Shown: positions 50,168 through 59,718 of the stretch, one piece after another | How the letters are laid out: every line of letters begins with the position of its first letter | Position numbering within the stretch: position 1 is the stretch's first letter | Assembly (NCBI GenBank): GCA_963751455.1 | Contig: CAVVUN010000008.1 | Span: forward strand, 96,001-160,000 | DNA: 64,000 nucleotides | Reading direction: 5' to 3' | Source: Nitrospirota bacterium | GTDB taxonomy: Bacteria; Nitrospirota; UBA9217 | The notes under the pieces: model-generated | Seen by the model: the letters and a program-made list of their open reading frames with translations, nothing else | What the model was told of the DNA's origin: nothing | Database searches by the model: none | Program-made: the position numbers and the translations under genes

Positions 50168-51042
50168 TCAGCAGAGGATTTCACTCATCGTATCAGTCTT
50201 GTTCATGCTGTAAAAGTGAATATAGGGCGCGCCGTTTTTGATCAGGTCTTCGCACTGTCTTATCGCGAACTCAACGCCTAACGGCTCGACTGAGCTCGCC
50301 GAAGTCTTCCGCATTTCCTCGGGCAGGTCCTGCACCGGCTCCAGCCTGTCCAAAATTTCCCGCGGTATCGTGCTGCCGCACATGCCCGCGAACTGCTTTA
50401 TCTTCCCGCAGTCCGTGATCGGCATGATGCCGGGCAGGATCGGGACAGTAATGCCCAGTTTTGCGCACCGCTCCCTGAACTCATAGTAATATCGGTTGTC
50501 AAAGAACATTTGGGTAATTGCGAAATCCGCGCCTGAATCGATTTTTCGCTTTGTATATTCCATGTCCTTTTCGATATCAGGCGACTGGCGGTGGCCTTCC
50601 GGATATACACCCACGCGATGGAAAAAGTTCGGTATTCCCTGATGAACGCCACGAGATCGCCAGCATGGAGGAAGTCGCCCGCTGTCGCGTCGAAATCAGG
50701 AAGGTTCTTCGGCTGGTCGCCGCGAAGAGCGAGGATGTTGTCGATGCCTATTTTCTGAAGCGTGCGCAAATCCCACTCCATGGATTCCCTGGTTTCGCCG
50801 ATTCCGGTGAGATGGGACATCAGGGGGTGCCGGGTCTGTTCGCGCGGCAGTTTCAGCATCATGAACGTTCCCTCCCGCGTTGTGCCGCCTGCGCCATAGC
50901 TGACCGATACGTAGAGCGGATCAAAGACGGACAGGTCCGCTGCGAGCTTGATAATTGCGTCCCTGCCCTCGTCTGTTTTCGGCGGAAAGACCTCGAAAGA
51001 TGTGCCCCTGGGTCTTTTCTTCAAAATGTCGCTGATCTTCAT
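50168..51042 (-). pseudogene. metF: Methylenetetrahydrofolate reductase, frameshifted, with an in-frame REP insertion
   Basis: SFEVFPPK, SYGAGG, NILALRGD in one frame; VYPEGH, ITQMFFD, PGIMPI, HFYSMN in another; shift near 50615; extra TSASSVEP at 50282-50305. Confidence 0.88.
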
Positions 51043-51117
51043 TTTTATGCTCCTATTTCAAGGATAGCATGGTTGCTTCGGGGGACTCGTACCCGAGACC
51101 CTGACCCCGGTCTCCCG

Positions 51118-51142
51118 CGGCTCGGCTGAGCTCGCCGAAGTC
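51118..51142. repeat. REP-like 25-bp palindrome (three copies in the window)
   Basis: CGGCTCGGCTGAGCTCGCCGAAGTC; 24/25 identical to 50282-50306; inverted variant at 57534-57558. Confidence 0.75.
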
Positions 51143-51264
51143 CTCCTGTCCCGTCTGCAACTTCAGAATGATTGACTTCCGGTCTTTGGTGTGCTCGAAT
51201 AAATATCAGATACTATAATTTCCAGTTTTCAATTCCGCTCTCAGCGGTTACGGAGGTGTTAGAC

Positions 51265-51696
51265 ATGTTGCCGAAAGACCAGCAATCGCGAATTGATGAT
51301 ATTGTAAAAGCTCTCAACCAGCACGACCCTCAAGCCTTCGCGGCCTTTTACGCACAAGACTGCACGGTCATCCTTCCCGAGCATGCGCAGCCGCTCAAAG
51401 GTCGCAATGCTGTCCGGAAGGACTTCGAGAAGACTTTGGCCCATTACCCGGATATGAAGTATACATTAAGGGGCTTCACAGCAGGCGGAGATACAATAGC
51501 CGTAGAATTTATTGCCAGAGGCACACACAAAGCCAATATGTCCGGGCCGTCCGGTGCCGACATGTCAAGGAAGCAGAACCTGGAGCTGCCGATAGCTTCT
51601 TTCCAGCGGATTAATGACGAGGGCCTTATCCTCGAAGATCGGCGCTATTATGATATGGCCCTGGTAATGCAGCAGCTCGGGCGAATGGCTGCGTAA
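51265..51696 (+). CDS. SnoaL-like/NTF2-fold protein (ester cyclase family)
   Basis: GGAGG RBS; ALNQHD..AFAAFYA.D, GTH, RRYYDMALVMQQLG. Confidence 0.85.
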   Translation: MLPKDQQSRIDDIVKALNQHDPQAFAAFYAQDCTVILPEHAQPLKGRNAVRKDFEKTLAHYPDMKYTLRGFTAGGDTIAVEFIARGTHKANMSGPSGADMSRKQNLELPIASFQRINDEGLILEDRRYYDMALVMQQLGRMAA

Positions 51697-51882
51697 GCAT
51701 TGGCGTTTATTATAATGATGGCGATTTTTCCCCGTTCTAGTAACTCTGAGTACTCTTGGCGAGAGCGATGGGCGCTCGGGCGCGAGAAACGTTCCGTTTC
51801 TCGTCACAAGATGGTTGTTTTCGCTTGAGTGCCCTTTTAATGTGTGACCCGAAGAGATTTCTGCGAACAGAGGCTTTTCATC

Positions 51883-52404
51883 ATGAAAAAAAACATAGCC
51901 AGGGCCATGTCAATCCTGGCGTTCGCTGGTTATATGATCGGGATATGCATCTCTGCGGGTGAAGCAGCGGCAACGCGCGGAACGACCCGGGATCTCGCTA
52001 CCCTGCAGATCTGTATTACCATGCTCAACGAAGACGGTCGCCTGCCCACGGAGGCTGGATTAGTCGTAAAAAAACGCCTCTCGGACAAGTACGATCTGAC
52101 CCTCGGCAAGATCGACTCTCTGCTCGGTCCTGACATGCAGTACGGAGATCTTGCTGCAGTCCTCGCATTCGCGAAGAAAATGTCCGGCGGAGTGAAGGAT
52201 GCGAACATCAACAAGGTTATCAATATGCGGCAAAGCGGGACCGGATGGGATCAGATCGCAGGCAATCTGCATCTCGACTTGTCCGGGATTGCGGGTTCTT
52301 TGAGCCGGTTTGAAGAGGGCACTCACTCCAGGATCAAACAAGCGCTTGTGGAATCAAGTTGGGCAGGCGCGGCAGCGGGCGGAACAGAGGCAAGCGGCCA
52401 ATAG
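51883..52404 (+). CDS. Secreted protein of unknown function
   Basis: Signal-like N-terminus; YGDLAAVLAFA and R.SG.GW..IA helical motifs. Confidence 0.65.
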   Translation: MKKNIARAMSILAFAGYMIGICISAGEAAATRGTTRDLATLQICITMLNEDGRLPTEAGLVVKKRLSDKYDLTLGKIDSLLGPDMQYGDLAAVLAFAKKMSGGVKDANINKVINMRQSGTGWDQIAGNLHLDLSGIAGSLSRFEEGTHSRIKQALVESSWAGAAAGGTEASGQ

Positions 52405-52773
52405 AGTCAGCTATCGGCTCGTCGCTTCTGAAAAACACGGCATAAACGACAACGTACTGCTTGCCGGGGGCAGGCAGCAAAGGTGCGAAATGCAGGAATG
52501 CCAATTTTAGAGTCTGACCCGAAATCGGCCCCCCTGTCACAATTCCCCCCTTCCTGCGGCCTGACGTTATCTCTCGCGCTTAGCTATTCTGCTAACAGAC
52601 AGGTAAACGATCTTTCCGCGTAGATGCTGATTATCATGCTTTTTCCAGGTAATTTTCACATTTCTTATTCAGTGTGGTTATTTTACACTGTTAAATCCGT
52701 TAATTTACCCAATGGCTCACCTTCCCTTGAAAACAAGACTCAATAAGTCCTTGAAAAAGTTCTTTTCCCTTTT

Positions 52774-52789
52774 TGGCATATTCAATGCA
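52774..52789 (+). promoter_or_regulatory. Sigma-54-type promoter
   Basis: TGGCAT-ATTCA-ATGCA, 33 bp upstream of ATG 52823, after an AT-rich upstream region. Confidence 0.6.
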
Positions 52790-52822
52790 TTGTATTGAAG
52801 AAGAGAAAGGCGGTGGTACTCT

Positions 52823-52972
52823 ATGGATGCAAACGCTACAACCGCTATCGTGATCAACGAGGAGAAGGAGGAGTGTAGAAACATATTAAGTGAAAGTCTT
52901 CTCTACCTTGATACGTCGCTTCTTGCGAGAGAAAACTTCGTGCGGTATCTTGCCTCTATCGTTTTACGTTAG
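52823..52972 (+). CDS. 49-aa small protein (below the ORF-track cutoff)
   Basis: AAGGCGGTGG RBS; MDANATTAIVINEEKEECRNILSESLLYLDTSLLARENFVRYLASIVLR*. Confidence 0.5.
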   Translation: MDANATTAIVINEEKEECRNILSESLLYLDTSLLARENFVRYLASIVLR

Positions 52973-53022
52973 AAACGAGGGGAAGATGCCTCCAGGTACA
53001 CAATACGAGAGAGGAGGCGCAT

Positions 53023-53208
53023 ATGACACAATACAGAATCATATGTCCCAATTGTGGAGCAATCATTATTACAGCAACCCGTCTCTCGGCCGTATTGGAA
53101 GACTGTCCGAAGTGCAGGCAGCATATATGGGACCTTTATGACGCACTGCTCGCGGATCTTTATTCAACGGAATCAGATAAGGTAGTCGGCCCGACTATGA
53201 GGGCCTAG
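53023..53208 (+). CDS. Small zinc-ribbon protein
   Basis: GAGGAGG RBS; CPNC-x15-CPKC; 61 aa. Confidence 0.7.
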   Translation: MTQYRIICPNCGAIIITATRLSAVLEDCPKCRQHIWDLYDALLADLYSTESDKVVGPTMRA

Positions 53209-53588
53209 TTTGAGTCCCGCGCCTGGTAGTTCAGGTTTGAGTGTGCTTGCTGTATGACAGGGCGAATCTCGCGTTTTTTAGTCTGACCCCAAATGCTCCC
53301 GTCTTGGTTTTTGCCTGAGATACGCGGATTGCTCAGCAGTCCTTGCATTTGGCGCCTAAAACTGTATAATACGGCTATAGACTCATCAATGGGGCAAGCT
53401 GTCCCATATCGAACGAAATTATTGCCGCGCCTCATCTTCGATAACTGACTCTTCCTGCTCTCACCTTTTCTCTTAAAAAGCGACAGCATGCCTGGTTGGC
53501 GAACGATGCGGTTTTGCGGATACTCATTTGAGTCCGCGCGCCCCTTTTTGGGGGACATGCGCGGCGAATACGGAGGAGGTGGTAAATC

Positions 53589-53837
53589 GTGGAAATAAGA
53601 GTCCAGTCCCAGAATATTGAAAAGGCACTGCGGGACTTGAAAAAGAAGATCCAGTTGGACGGCCTTATGGGGGAATTAAAGAAGCGGCGCCATTACGAAA
53701 AGCCCTCGGTGAAAAAGAAGAACAAACGGATCGAGGCGGAGAAGCGAAGGCGCAAGCTCCTCAAGCGCGCGCGGCCAGGCGGTTCGGGGCCGAGGCCGGG
53801 AAGGTCGACAGCGTCATCCCCGTCATCGCACAAATAA
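53589..53837 (+). CDS. rpsU: 30S ribosomal protein bS21 with a Gly/Ser/Pro-rich tail
   Basis: IEKALRDLKKK...ELKKRRHYEKPSVKKK; strong GGAGGAGGTG RBS. Confidence 0.9.
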   Translation: MEIRVQSQNIEKALRDLKKKIQLDGLMGELKKRRHYEKPSVKKKNKRIEAEKRRRKLLKRARPGGSGPRPGRSTASSPSSHK

Positions 53838-54074
53838 ACCCGAAACAGCGGGTGATAATCTGAAGCTGGGTCGCTCTCGCCGGAAGGGTATATTTACCCG
53901 AAAGAGGATCGACCGATCCGTGATCTATTGCGGAAACGGTCTCATCTCGTAAAGCTCAGAACATCGCTGATCATCAGTTTGCAAAACATCAGCAGCAGAA
54001 ACAACGGGTTCAAGCTCAAAGTGAGTGACGTAAAAGCATTACAATAACCCAACCCCCAAATAATCAATTCACTA

Positions 54075-54650
54075 TCAACGCACGCAACGGACATAGCTTG
54101 AGAACTCCTCATATTGGTGGGCCGTGAAGCCGATTTTGGGGGTCACAAGCCAGGCGTTGATCTTACTCTCTGCGAAGGCGCTGGACGACCAGTATTCGGC
54201 GCCAGTGGACGACTGTGTATTTGGGAAATATGTGGTATTGATCGCAGGGCTGTATGTTCCATGGCTTACGATGCTCACCAGTTCCATACGTGTCGGAAGG
54301 CGCCAGCCTGTACCGGGCAAGCCGGCAGTGTTGCTGCTGCAGTAGGTATTTGCATCGGACCGGGTGCGGGTTGTCGCGTCATCTTCCTTCTGCCAGATGA
54401 GCCCGGTAACATTGTCAGTAATCGTACCATCGCCGTTATCGGTATAAGACGGCGGATTAATCGAATAATCCGCATCTTCCCCGAAAGTTACTGAATACTT
54501 CGTCGTCTGTCCTGTGTCCGGGACAGGGACATGTTTGACAGCTATTTCTGTTAACGTATCCTCCGTGCTGTTAACCTGCCCGTCATTGAGTGGCAGACAG
54601 AGAAGAAAGGCAGTCGTTTCCGATGTGCAAACAGAAATAGCAATATTCAA
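54075..54650 (-). CDS. DUF1566/Lcl-type C-type-lectin-fold domain; probably an N-terminally truncated gene
   Basis: PDTGQT, YTDNGDGTITDNVTGLIWQK, WRLPTRMEL, YWSSS, AW.V, YVRCVR*; no good start or signal peptide. Confidence 0.75.
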   Translation of the reverse strand: MNIAISVCTSETTAFLLCLPLNDGQVNSTEDTLTEIAVKHVPVPDTGQTTKYSVTFGEDADYSINPPSYTDNGDGTITDNVTGLIWQKEDDATTRTRSDANTYCSSNTAGLPGTGWRLPTRMELVSIVSHGTYSPAINTTYFPNTQSSTGAEYWSSSAFAESKINAWLVTPKIGFTAHQYEEFSSYVRCVR

Positions 54651-54659
54651 GACTGACTC

Positions 54660-55382
54660 TTAATCACTCAATCGAGTGAAATCAATTGGTATCTCTACGA
54701 TCCCATCTTCGCTCAGTCTAGAGAAACGTCTGCCTTGAATATATAAGTTCATGCTTAAAATGCCGTAAGGAAATCGCTTCGATGTAGTCCGCGGGAATTG
54801 CTGCAGATCCAGGCGCGCAGTAAATGTCTTGTTTTGAAGACTCTTTAAGTAAGGATATTTCTCTAAACTGCTGAAAATGAGATTCCGCGCATAATAGCGA
54901 TAGCCATACCAGCCTGAGCTACGATTCATTCCCAGGAAACTCCGTGGAGTCTTTGTATCCACCAGTTCGCCTTGATAGAACGCATCACCCAGATTACCAG
55001 AGATTGAGATCACTTCCGGGGGTTCAAGATTCGGGATAGCCTTATAATCCACTCGCAGAAGTATATCAATATCAGATGGCCTAAGACGCGACGTTTCCTC
55101 TTTTGACGCTATTACTATGGCCTGTTTCGCATTAGAGACCGCGCCCGTGATAGCAACGAGTTCCGCCTTGAGTTGTTCATTAGCTTTGTCATCAATGACT
55201 GACTTGACAATCATGAAGGTCGCAGCTAACAGGCCAATCAGTATTGCTGCGTAACCCCATCCTGTTACAGCTTTCCATTTTCTGGTTTTAAAATCAGTTG
55301 TTTCACCGAGCACACCGATTACGACGGCAGTGAAAGCGAGCAACGATAAAACAATATCAATCGTCATTCGACACTCCCCCAT
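54660..55382 (-). CDS. Hypothetical membrane protein (2 N-terminal TM helices)
   Basis: 240-aa ORF; probable start at 55367 after GGGGGAG; lower GC. Confidence 0.65.
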   Translation of the reverse strand: MGECRMTIDIVLSLLAFTAVVIGVLGETTDFKTRKWKAVTGWGYAAILIGLLAATFMIVKSVIDDKANEQLKAELVAITGAVSNAKQAIVIASKEETSRLRPSDIDILLRVDYKAIPNLEPPEVISISGNLGDAFYQGELVDTKTPRSFLGMNRSSGWYGYRYYARNLIFSSLEKYPYLKSLQNKTFTARLDLQQFPRTTSKRFPYGILSMNLYIQGRRFSRLSEDGIVEIPIDFTRLSD

Positions 55383-55482
55383 GCGACCACAGCAAGATTA
55401 TTTTTTCTATGTTGCCTTGCTAGCTTTGCTTAACTTCTAATAAATGGGTGACACGGAGAGGGTCTTCCGTAGAGGCTTAGGC

Positions 55483-56283
55483 TTACGCACTACGGCCGGG
55501 TGATACCCGCGGTGCAGGCTGCTTAACCTTCTCGTTGTGACGGTGCAGTTCATCAAGAAGAACGTCCAACTCATCCTGCGTGAGTATCTTCCGTTCCAGG
55601 AAGTACGTTCCGAGCTGCCGCTGCTGCGAATACTGAAAAAACAACATCACCCTCACCTGAAACTCCGAAAGAAGATCGAGGTCAACGGCCTTTTCCCCGA
55701 ACCGTCCTGTCTGACTACCAGCCTTGAGAACGCGGTCTATTCCTTCGGCACTCAGCCAACCCCACCGCAGCGCAATATCGCCGATTACCGGCCTCTGCTT
55801 TCGCTGCCAACCAAGGGCATCGATCAGCATCCCGTAGGAGATATAACCGCAATAATAGAGAAACCGTCCGAACTGCATCCGCTGCCTGGGCAGGACCACT
55901 GGTTTGCGGCGTTCATGCCGCGGCCCGGCATTGTGCTTCGGACCGGACGCCGGCCTGTACCTCCGGCCCGGCGCTTCCCAACCGCGGGGTGCATGGCGGT
56001 GCTTGTGTGAATCCGGATACCAGAGACCATTCTCACGCTGCTCAAAGAACCGGTTGACGATATCGTACGCATCGGCAATATCACGGAAGAGCCTTGTCTG
56101 CTCCTGCTGGATTTGCGGAGAGTCTCGGGCGAAGAGATCAGGGTGAGTTTCCTTGGCTTTTCTGCGGTACGCGGATTTGGCGCCGTCGCGCTGAAGATAG
56201 AGCAGAAATCCGGAGCAGATATCAACGTCGGCCCCAAAGAGAGTCTGACATGCCCGTAGAACTTCAGATTCCGAGAGTATCAT
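55483..56283 (-). CDS. J-domain protein with four MshEN-like motifs
   Basis: KSAYRRKAKETHPD...F..I..AY J-domain; C-terminal 24-aa repeats matching the RLGxxLxxxGxxxxxxLxxxLxxQ spacing. Confidence 0.8.
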   Translation of the reverse strand: MILSESEVLRACQTLFGADVDICSGFLLYLQRDGAKSAYRRKAKETHPDLFARDSPQIQQEQTRLFRDIADAYDIVNRFFEQRENGLWYPDSHKHRHAPRGWEAPGRRYRPASGPKHNAGPRHERRKPVVLPRQRMQFGRFLYYCGYISYGMLIDALGWQRKQRPVIGDIALRWGWLSAEGIDRVLKAGSQTGRFGEKAVDLDLLSEFQVRVMLFFQYSQQRQLGTYFLERKILTQDELDVLLDELHRHNEKVKQPAPRVSPGRSA

Positions 56284-56836
56284 CGGCAGAGGACTCCAAA
56301 CTGCAGGGGTGTATGCCGGGGAGAACGCATGCCGGACGACTCATATGAGATCGTCGGCTATTCGAATATAACGACTTGGGGAAATGCTGTCAAGAAAATA
56401 TAATGGTAGCACTTTACTCTTGGTTTTTTATTTTTAGGATTAGTGGAAAAGGGGCATTCTTTAGGGACATCCCATAGCCCCCTATTGTGCCCTGTACCCC
56501 CTGACTAATCAACATACCGGCAAAAATTTCCTGCACCGTGGTTCCAAAGGTTCAACCATTTCTATTTATCGATTTTTTTCTCCTTCTTTATCTACCTAAA
56601 TAATTCATTGTGTCCCATTGCCCGGAATGTCGTTTTTATCCGATCTAAAATAATTAATAACTGAACCTGGAGTGTCATGTAGGGCTCGAGTTCGGGATGG
56701 ATTCCGTGATTATCCTCCGTGTCTATGACTGGAAACTGTGCGATGCACTGCAAAGGGTTGCGGGAACAATTGCAATATGTGTCTGGACAGTATGGTACAC
56801 GATTACGCGTCGATCAGATACGACAGGAGGGAGGGC

Positions 56837-57226
56837 ATGATGAAGAGAAAGAGAAATGCAGCGAAAACATTCCGTCTCGCGGTCCTGGGCGTCATGCTGT
56901 TTCTCGCCGGGTGCACAACAGGGGTGCCTGTCAAGGTCATGCCTTATGTCGGGGTGACCTTGTATCCCCCGACGGACCCGACATCCGTCATGGTCCTGCA
57001 AACCGATCCACTACGACCCCATCAGACCCTTGGGCATGTCATTGTCGAACCGGAGGACACGCTATCGGTTGAGGAGACGGAACGGATCCTGCGCGACACG
57101 GCAGCAGCGATGGGGGCCAACGCCGTGGTCATTATCGCAAACATGGGGATGAAGGAAGGTGTGAATCGCTGGCAGACATGGGGCGGTCAAGTGATCTCTG
57201 CGGTTGCCATCAGGTATAAAGATTAG
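56837..57226 (+). CDS. Small lipoprotein (YbjQ/heavy-metal-binding-like fold)
   Basis: GGAGGG RBS; lipobox LAGC; LR..AAAMGANAVVI...AVAIRY. Confidence 0.75.
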   Translation: MMKRKRNAAKTFRLAVLGVMLFLAGCTTGVPVKVMPYVGVTLYPPTDPTSVMVLQTDPLRPHQTLGHVIVEPEDTLSVEETERILRDTAAAMGANAVVIIANMGMKEGVNRWQTWGGQVISAVAIRYKD

Positions 57227-57343
57227 GGCATCTTTAGGGTGGTCTTGCGGGCTTGACATTCCCTTTTTCCTGAAAAAAAGCCAGTTTCGCCATTACTTAA
57301 AAAACCTCGAGGCGGCTCAGGCAAGCTGCTTGACCCCTGCCCC

Positions 57344-57485
57344 CGAGCGGCGTATTACATTATGCGAGATGGCGTATCGTTTATGCCGGAGAAGATCTTC
57401 ACATAAGGCTGACTGGAGCGGTGAACCCAGCTTAGGGTGTGGAATAACCACGAGACCTGATTGGTAATCCGTCCCACCCAATACT
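57344..57485 (+). mobile_element. IS110-family remnant: last 20 transposase codons plus structured 3' non-coding end
   Basis: RAAYYIMRDGVSFMPEKIFT* (TAA 57404-57406) resembles IS110 C-termini; followed by a TGGAGCGG...CCGTCCCA stem with an inner GTGG-aataa-CCAC hairpin. Confidence 0.6.
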
Positions 57486-57964
57486 CTATAGAGTTATCAG
57501 CATACAAATATTTGGACACGGCATGGAACCGAAGACTTCGGCGTGAGCTCAGTCGAACGCTTTTCTGGTCCGCTCCGCTATACTGAACGGTTCTTCTATT
57601 CGCGTAAATATATATAACGTAGTGACCGAAATGGACTATCTTTCCCCCGTGTATTTCGTCCTCGCCTGGCGTTTACTATTATTCGACATTTTTTTTCTTC
57701 CTCTCCGCCTCAACTTCAAGATGGCCCTTGCTGGAAGCCTTCAGAGGAGCCGCCGGATTGCACGGCGCGGGATTCACCCGGTAACCGCCACCCGATAAAG
57801 GGCTGGCTCCCGGCATCTCTTCCAGTCATCTGCCCTCAAAAATGTGATCATAGTCACCGATACGTAAATTTATTCGGGTTATCATTACAGGGCTCCGAAA
57901 GATTCTCGTCTCGGAGGATCGATTCTGATTATATAAGGATCGTCGTGATCCTGCGGAGGCTACA

Positions 57965-58369
57965 ATGGAAACGCTATACGGAAAGTACCCGAAAAAAATA
58001 ATCTGTCGGTGCAACGCCGGGGAAATGGAGGGCGCAGCAGACACAATACAGCTGAATGATCGATGTCCGATATGTCACAGCGTTCGTCAGATATGCATCC
58101 CTAAAGCTGAAGCAAGGATGAAAGCGGCCTCCGGCTTACCGGTCGCACGGAAAGCAAAGGAGCCGGTTCTCACAACACAAAAAGAGCTAGAACCATTGAT
58201 CATATCGGATCAAATCTTGAATGATCACGTTGAGCATTCCCTTTCCTATTTCTCATATTTCATGACCTTACCTGAAAGAATGTTTTGGATTTATACCTCG
58301 GCATTCCTCACTCTCACTCCGGCGATGTTAGAAAGGAAATCTCAGTCTGCTTACACAGCAGATAAATGA
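57965..58369 (+). CDS. Hypothetical protein with a CxC/CxxC motif
   Basis: GGAGG RBS before ATG; ICRC...RCPICH; the C-terminal half may be non-coding read-through. Confidence 0.4.
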   Translation: METLYGKYPKKIICRCNAGEMEGAADTIQLNDRCPICHSVRQICIPKAEARMKAASGLPVARKAKEPVLTTQKELEPLIISDQILNDHVEHSLSYFSYFMTLPERMFWIYTSAFLTLTPAMLERKSQSAYTADK

Positions 58370-58689
58370 GCTGTGGACCGGGACCATTTGTGCGTACCAT
58401 GGGGCCACCTATGAAAACGCGGATTGTGCCGCTCTCGGGAGCTTCAATTACCACTATACCCCAATCCTATTTCTCATATTTCAAGACTTGACACAGACAC
58501 ATTTCCTGCCCCCTGTATTAAAGTCACCATTCCGCCGTGCAAGTGAGTAGTCAGACGGTCGAAACTTTTCTTTACTCTATTTTTTACTTCTTAATTACAC
58601 TCAGGCGGTGTTACAATAAACTTGAATATAATTTTTTCCGCTATTGATGTCTCATTCCCTTCGCTGACTTTTGTTGTAGGGGGTGTAAG

Positions 58690-59718
58690 ATGAAAAAGCT
58701 AGCTGAAATTGGAATCGATCTGTTCCCGGGCAGGCATTCGAAAAAATTGGCCGGGAAAATCGACAGCGTTTTTTTAATTGTTTTTCTTTTGCTTTCAGCG
58801 ATCATGCTTGTCGCACCATCCGCAGCACGCGCAGATGTTTCCGTAGGCGTATCGGTTACGATCGGCCCGCCTCCCATTCCCGTTTACACTCAGCCTCTCT
58901 GCCCCGGCCCGGGCTTTATCTGGATACCGGGCTACTGGGCATGGGACCCGGATTTCGCCTACTACTGGGTGCCCGGCATGTGGTCGCCCGCGCCGTTTGT
59001 CGGCGCGCTCTGGACCCCTGGCTATTGGGCTTGGAGCAGCGGCGTGTATATCTGGTACGATGGCTATTGGGGAACGAGGGTGGGCTTTTACGGCGGGATC
59101 AACTACGGCTTCGGCTATACCGGCCACGGCTACTACGGCGGCTACTGGAGCGGCAACAGGTACTATTACAACCGCACGGTTAATAACATCGACGTGAGGA
59201 ACATAACTACCGTGTATAACAGAAACGTCGAGCGCGTTCGGCCGGCCGGGCCCAGTTTCCACGGCGGCCGGGGCGGGACCGTCGCCCGCCCGACATCCGA
59301 ACAGCTGGCAGCGGCACGCGAACGGCGTACCCCGATTACCGCAGAACAAAGGCAGCACATGCAGGTTGCCCGTGACAACCCCGAGCAAAGGGCAACCGTA
59401 AACCGCGGCCGTCCGGCCATTGTCGCCACACCGAGGCCGGGTGTATTCACCGGTCGCGGTGTGGTTCGTTCCGGCCGGGCTGAAGCTCCGGGCACACTCC
59501 CGCGAGTCAGACAGACCCCAAGGCCCGGCAGCGTGCAGCCTCCGGTCGGCGCGCGCGAACGCATGACGCCCGGAACCCCGCAGCGGAGGTCTGAACCGCG
59601 ATACAACGAGCCCGGACCGCGATACAGCCAGCCCGGACGTGGCCAGCCACAACAGAAGCCAGCGAGACAACCCCAGCAGAGGGAAAGGCGTTCAGATGAA
59701 AGGAAAGAATCCCGATAG
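58690..59718 (+). CDS. YXWGXW-repeat secreted protein with an Arg/Pro/Gln-rich tail
   Basis: VSVGVSVTIGPPPIPVY.QP.CPGPGFIWIPGYWAW..., GFYGGINYGFGY. Confidence 0.88.
   Translation: MKKLAEIGIDLFPGRHSKKLAGKIDSVFLIVFLLLSAIMLVAPSAARADVSVGVSVTIGPPPIPVYTQPLCPGPGFIWIPGYWAWDPDFAYYWVPGMWSPAPFVGALWTPGYWAWSSGVYIWYDGYWGTRVGFYGGINYGFGYTGHGYYGGYWSGNRYYYNRTVNNIDVRNITTVYNRNVERVRPAGPSFHGGRGGTVARPTSEQLAAARERRTPITAEQRQHMQVARDNPEQRATVNRGRPAIVATPRPGVFTGRGVVRSGRAEAPGTLPRVRQTPRPGSVQPPVGARERMTPGTPQRRSEPRYNEPGPRYSQPGRGQPQQKPARQPQQRERRSDERKESR

Noticed and set aside
50611-50620. Programmed frameshift in metF
   Set aside because: No convincing slippery heptamer at the inferred shift point; a single-base loss or sequencing error is simpler.
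54075-54650. Complete DGR
   Set aside because: No reverse transcriptase, Avd or template repeat anywhere in the window.
57700-57840. Possible ncRNA (6S, riboswitch or tRNA-like) in a GC-rich spacer
   Set aside because: No diagnostic motif recognised by eye; an Rfam/Infernal search would be needed.
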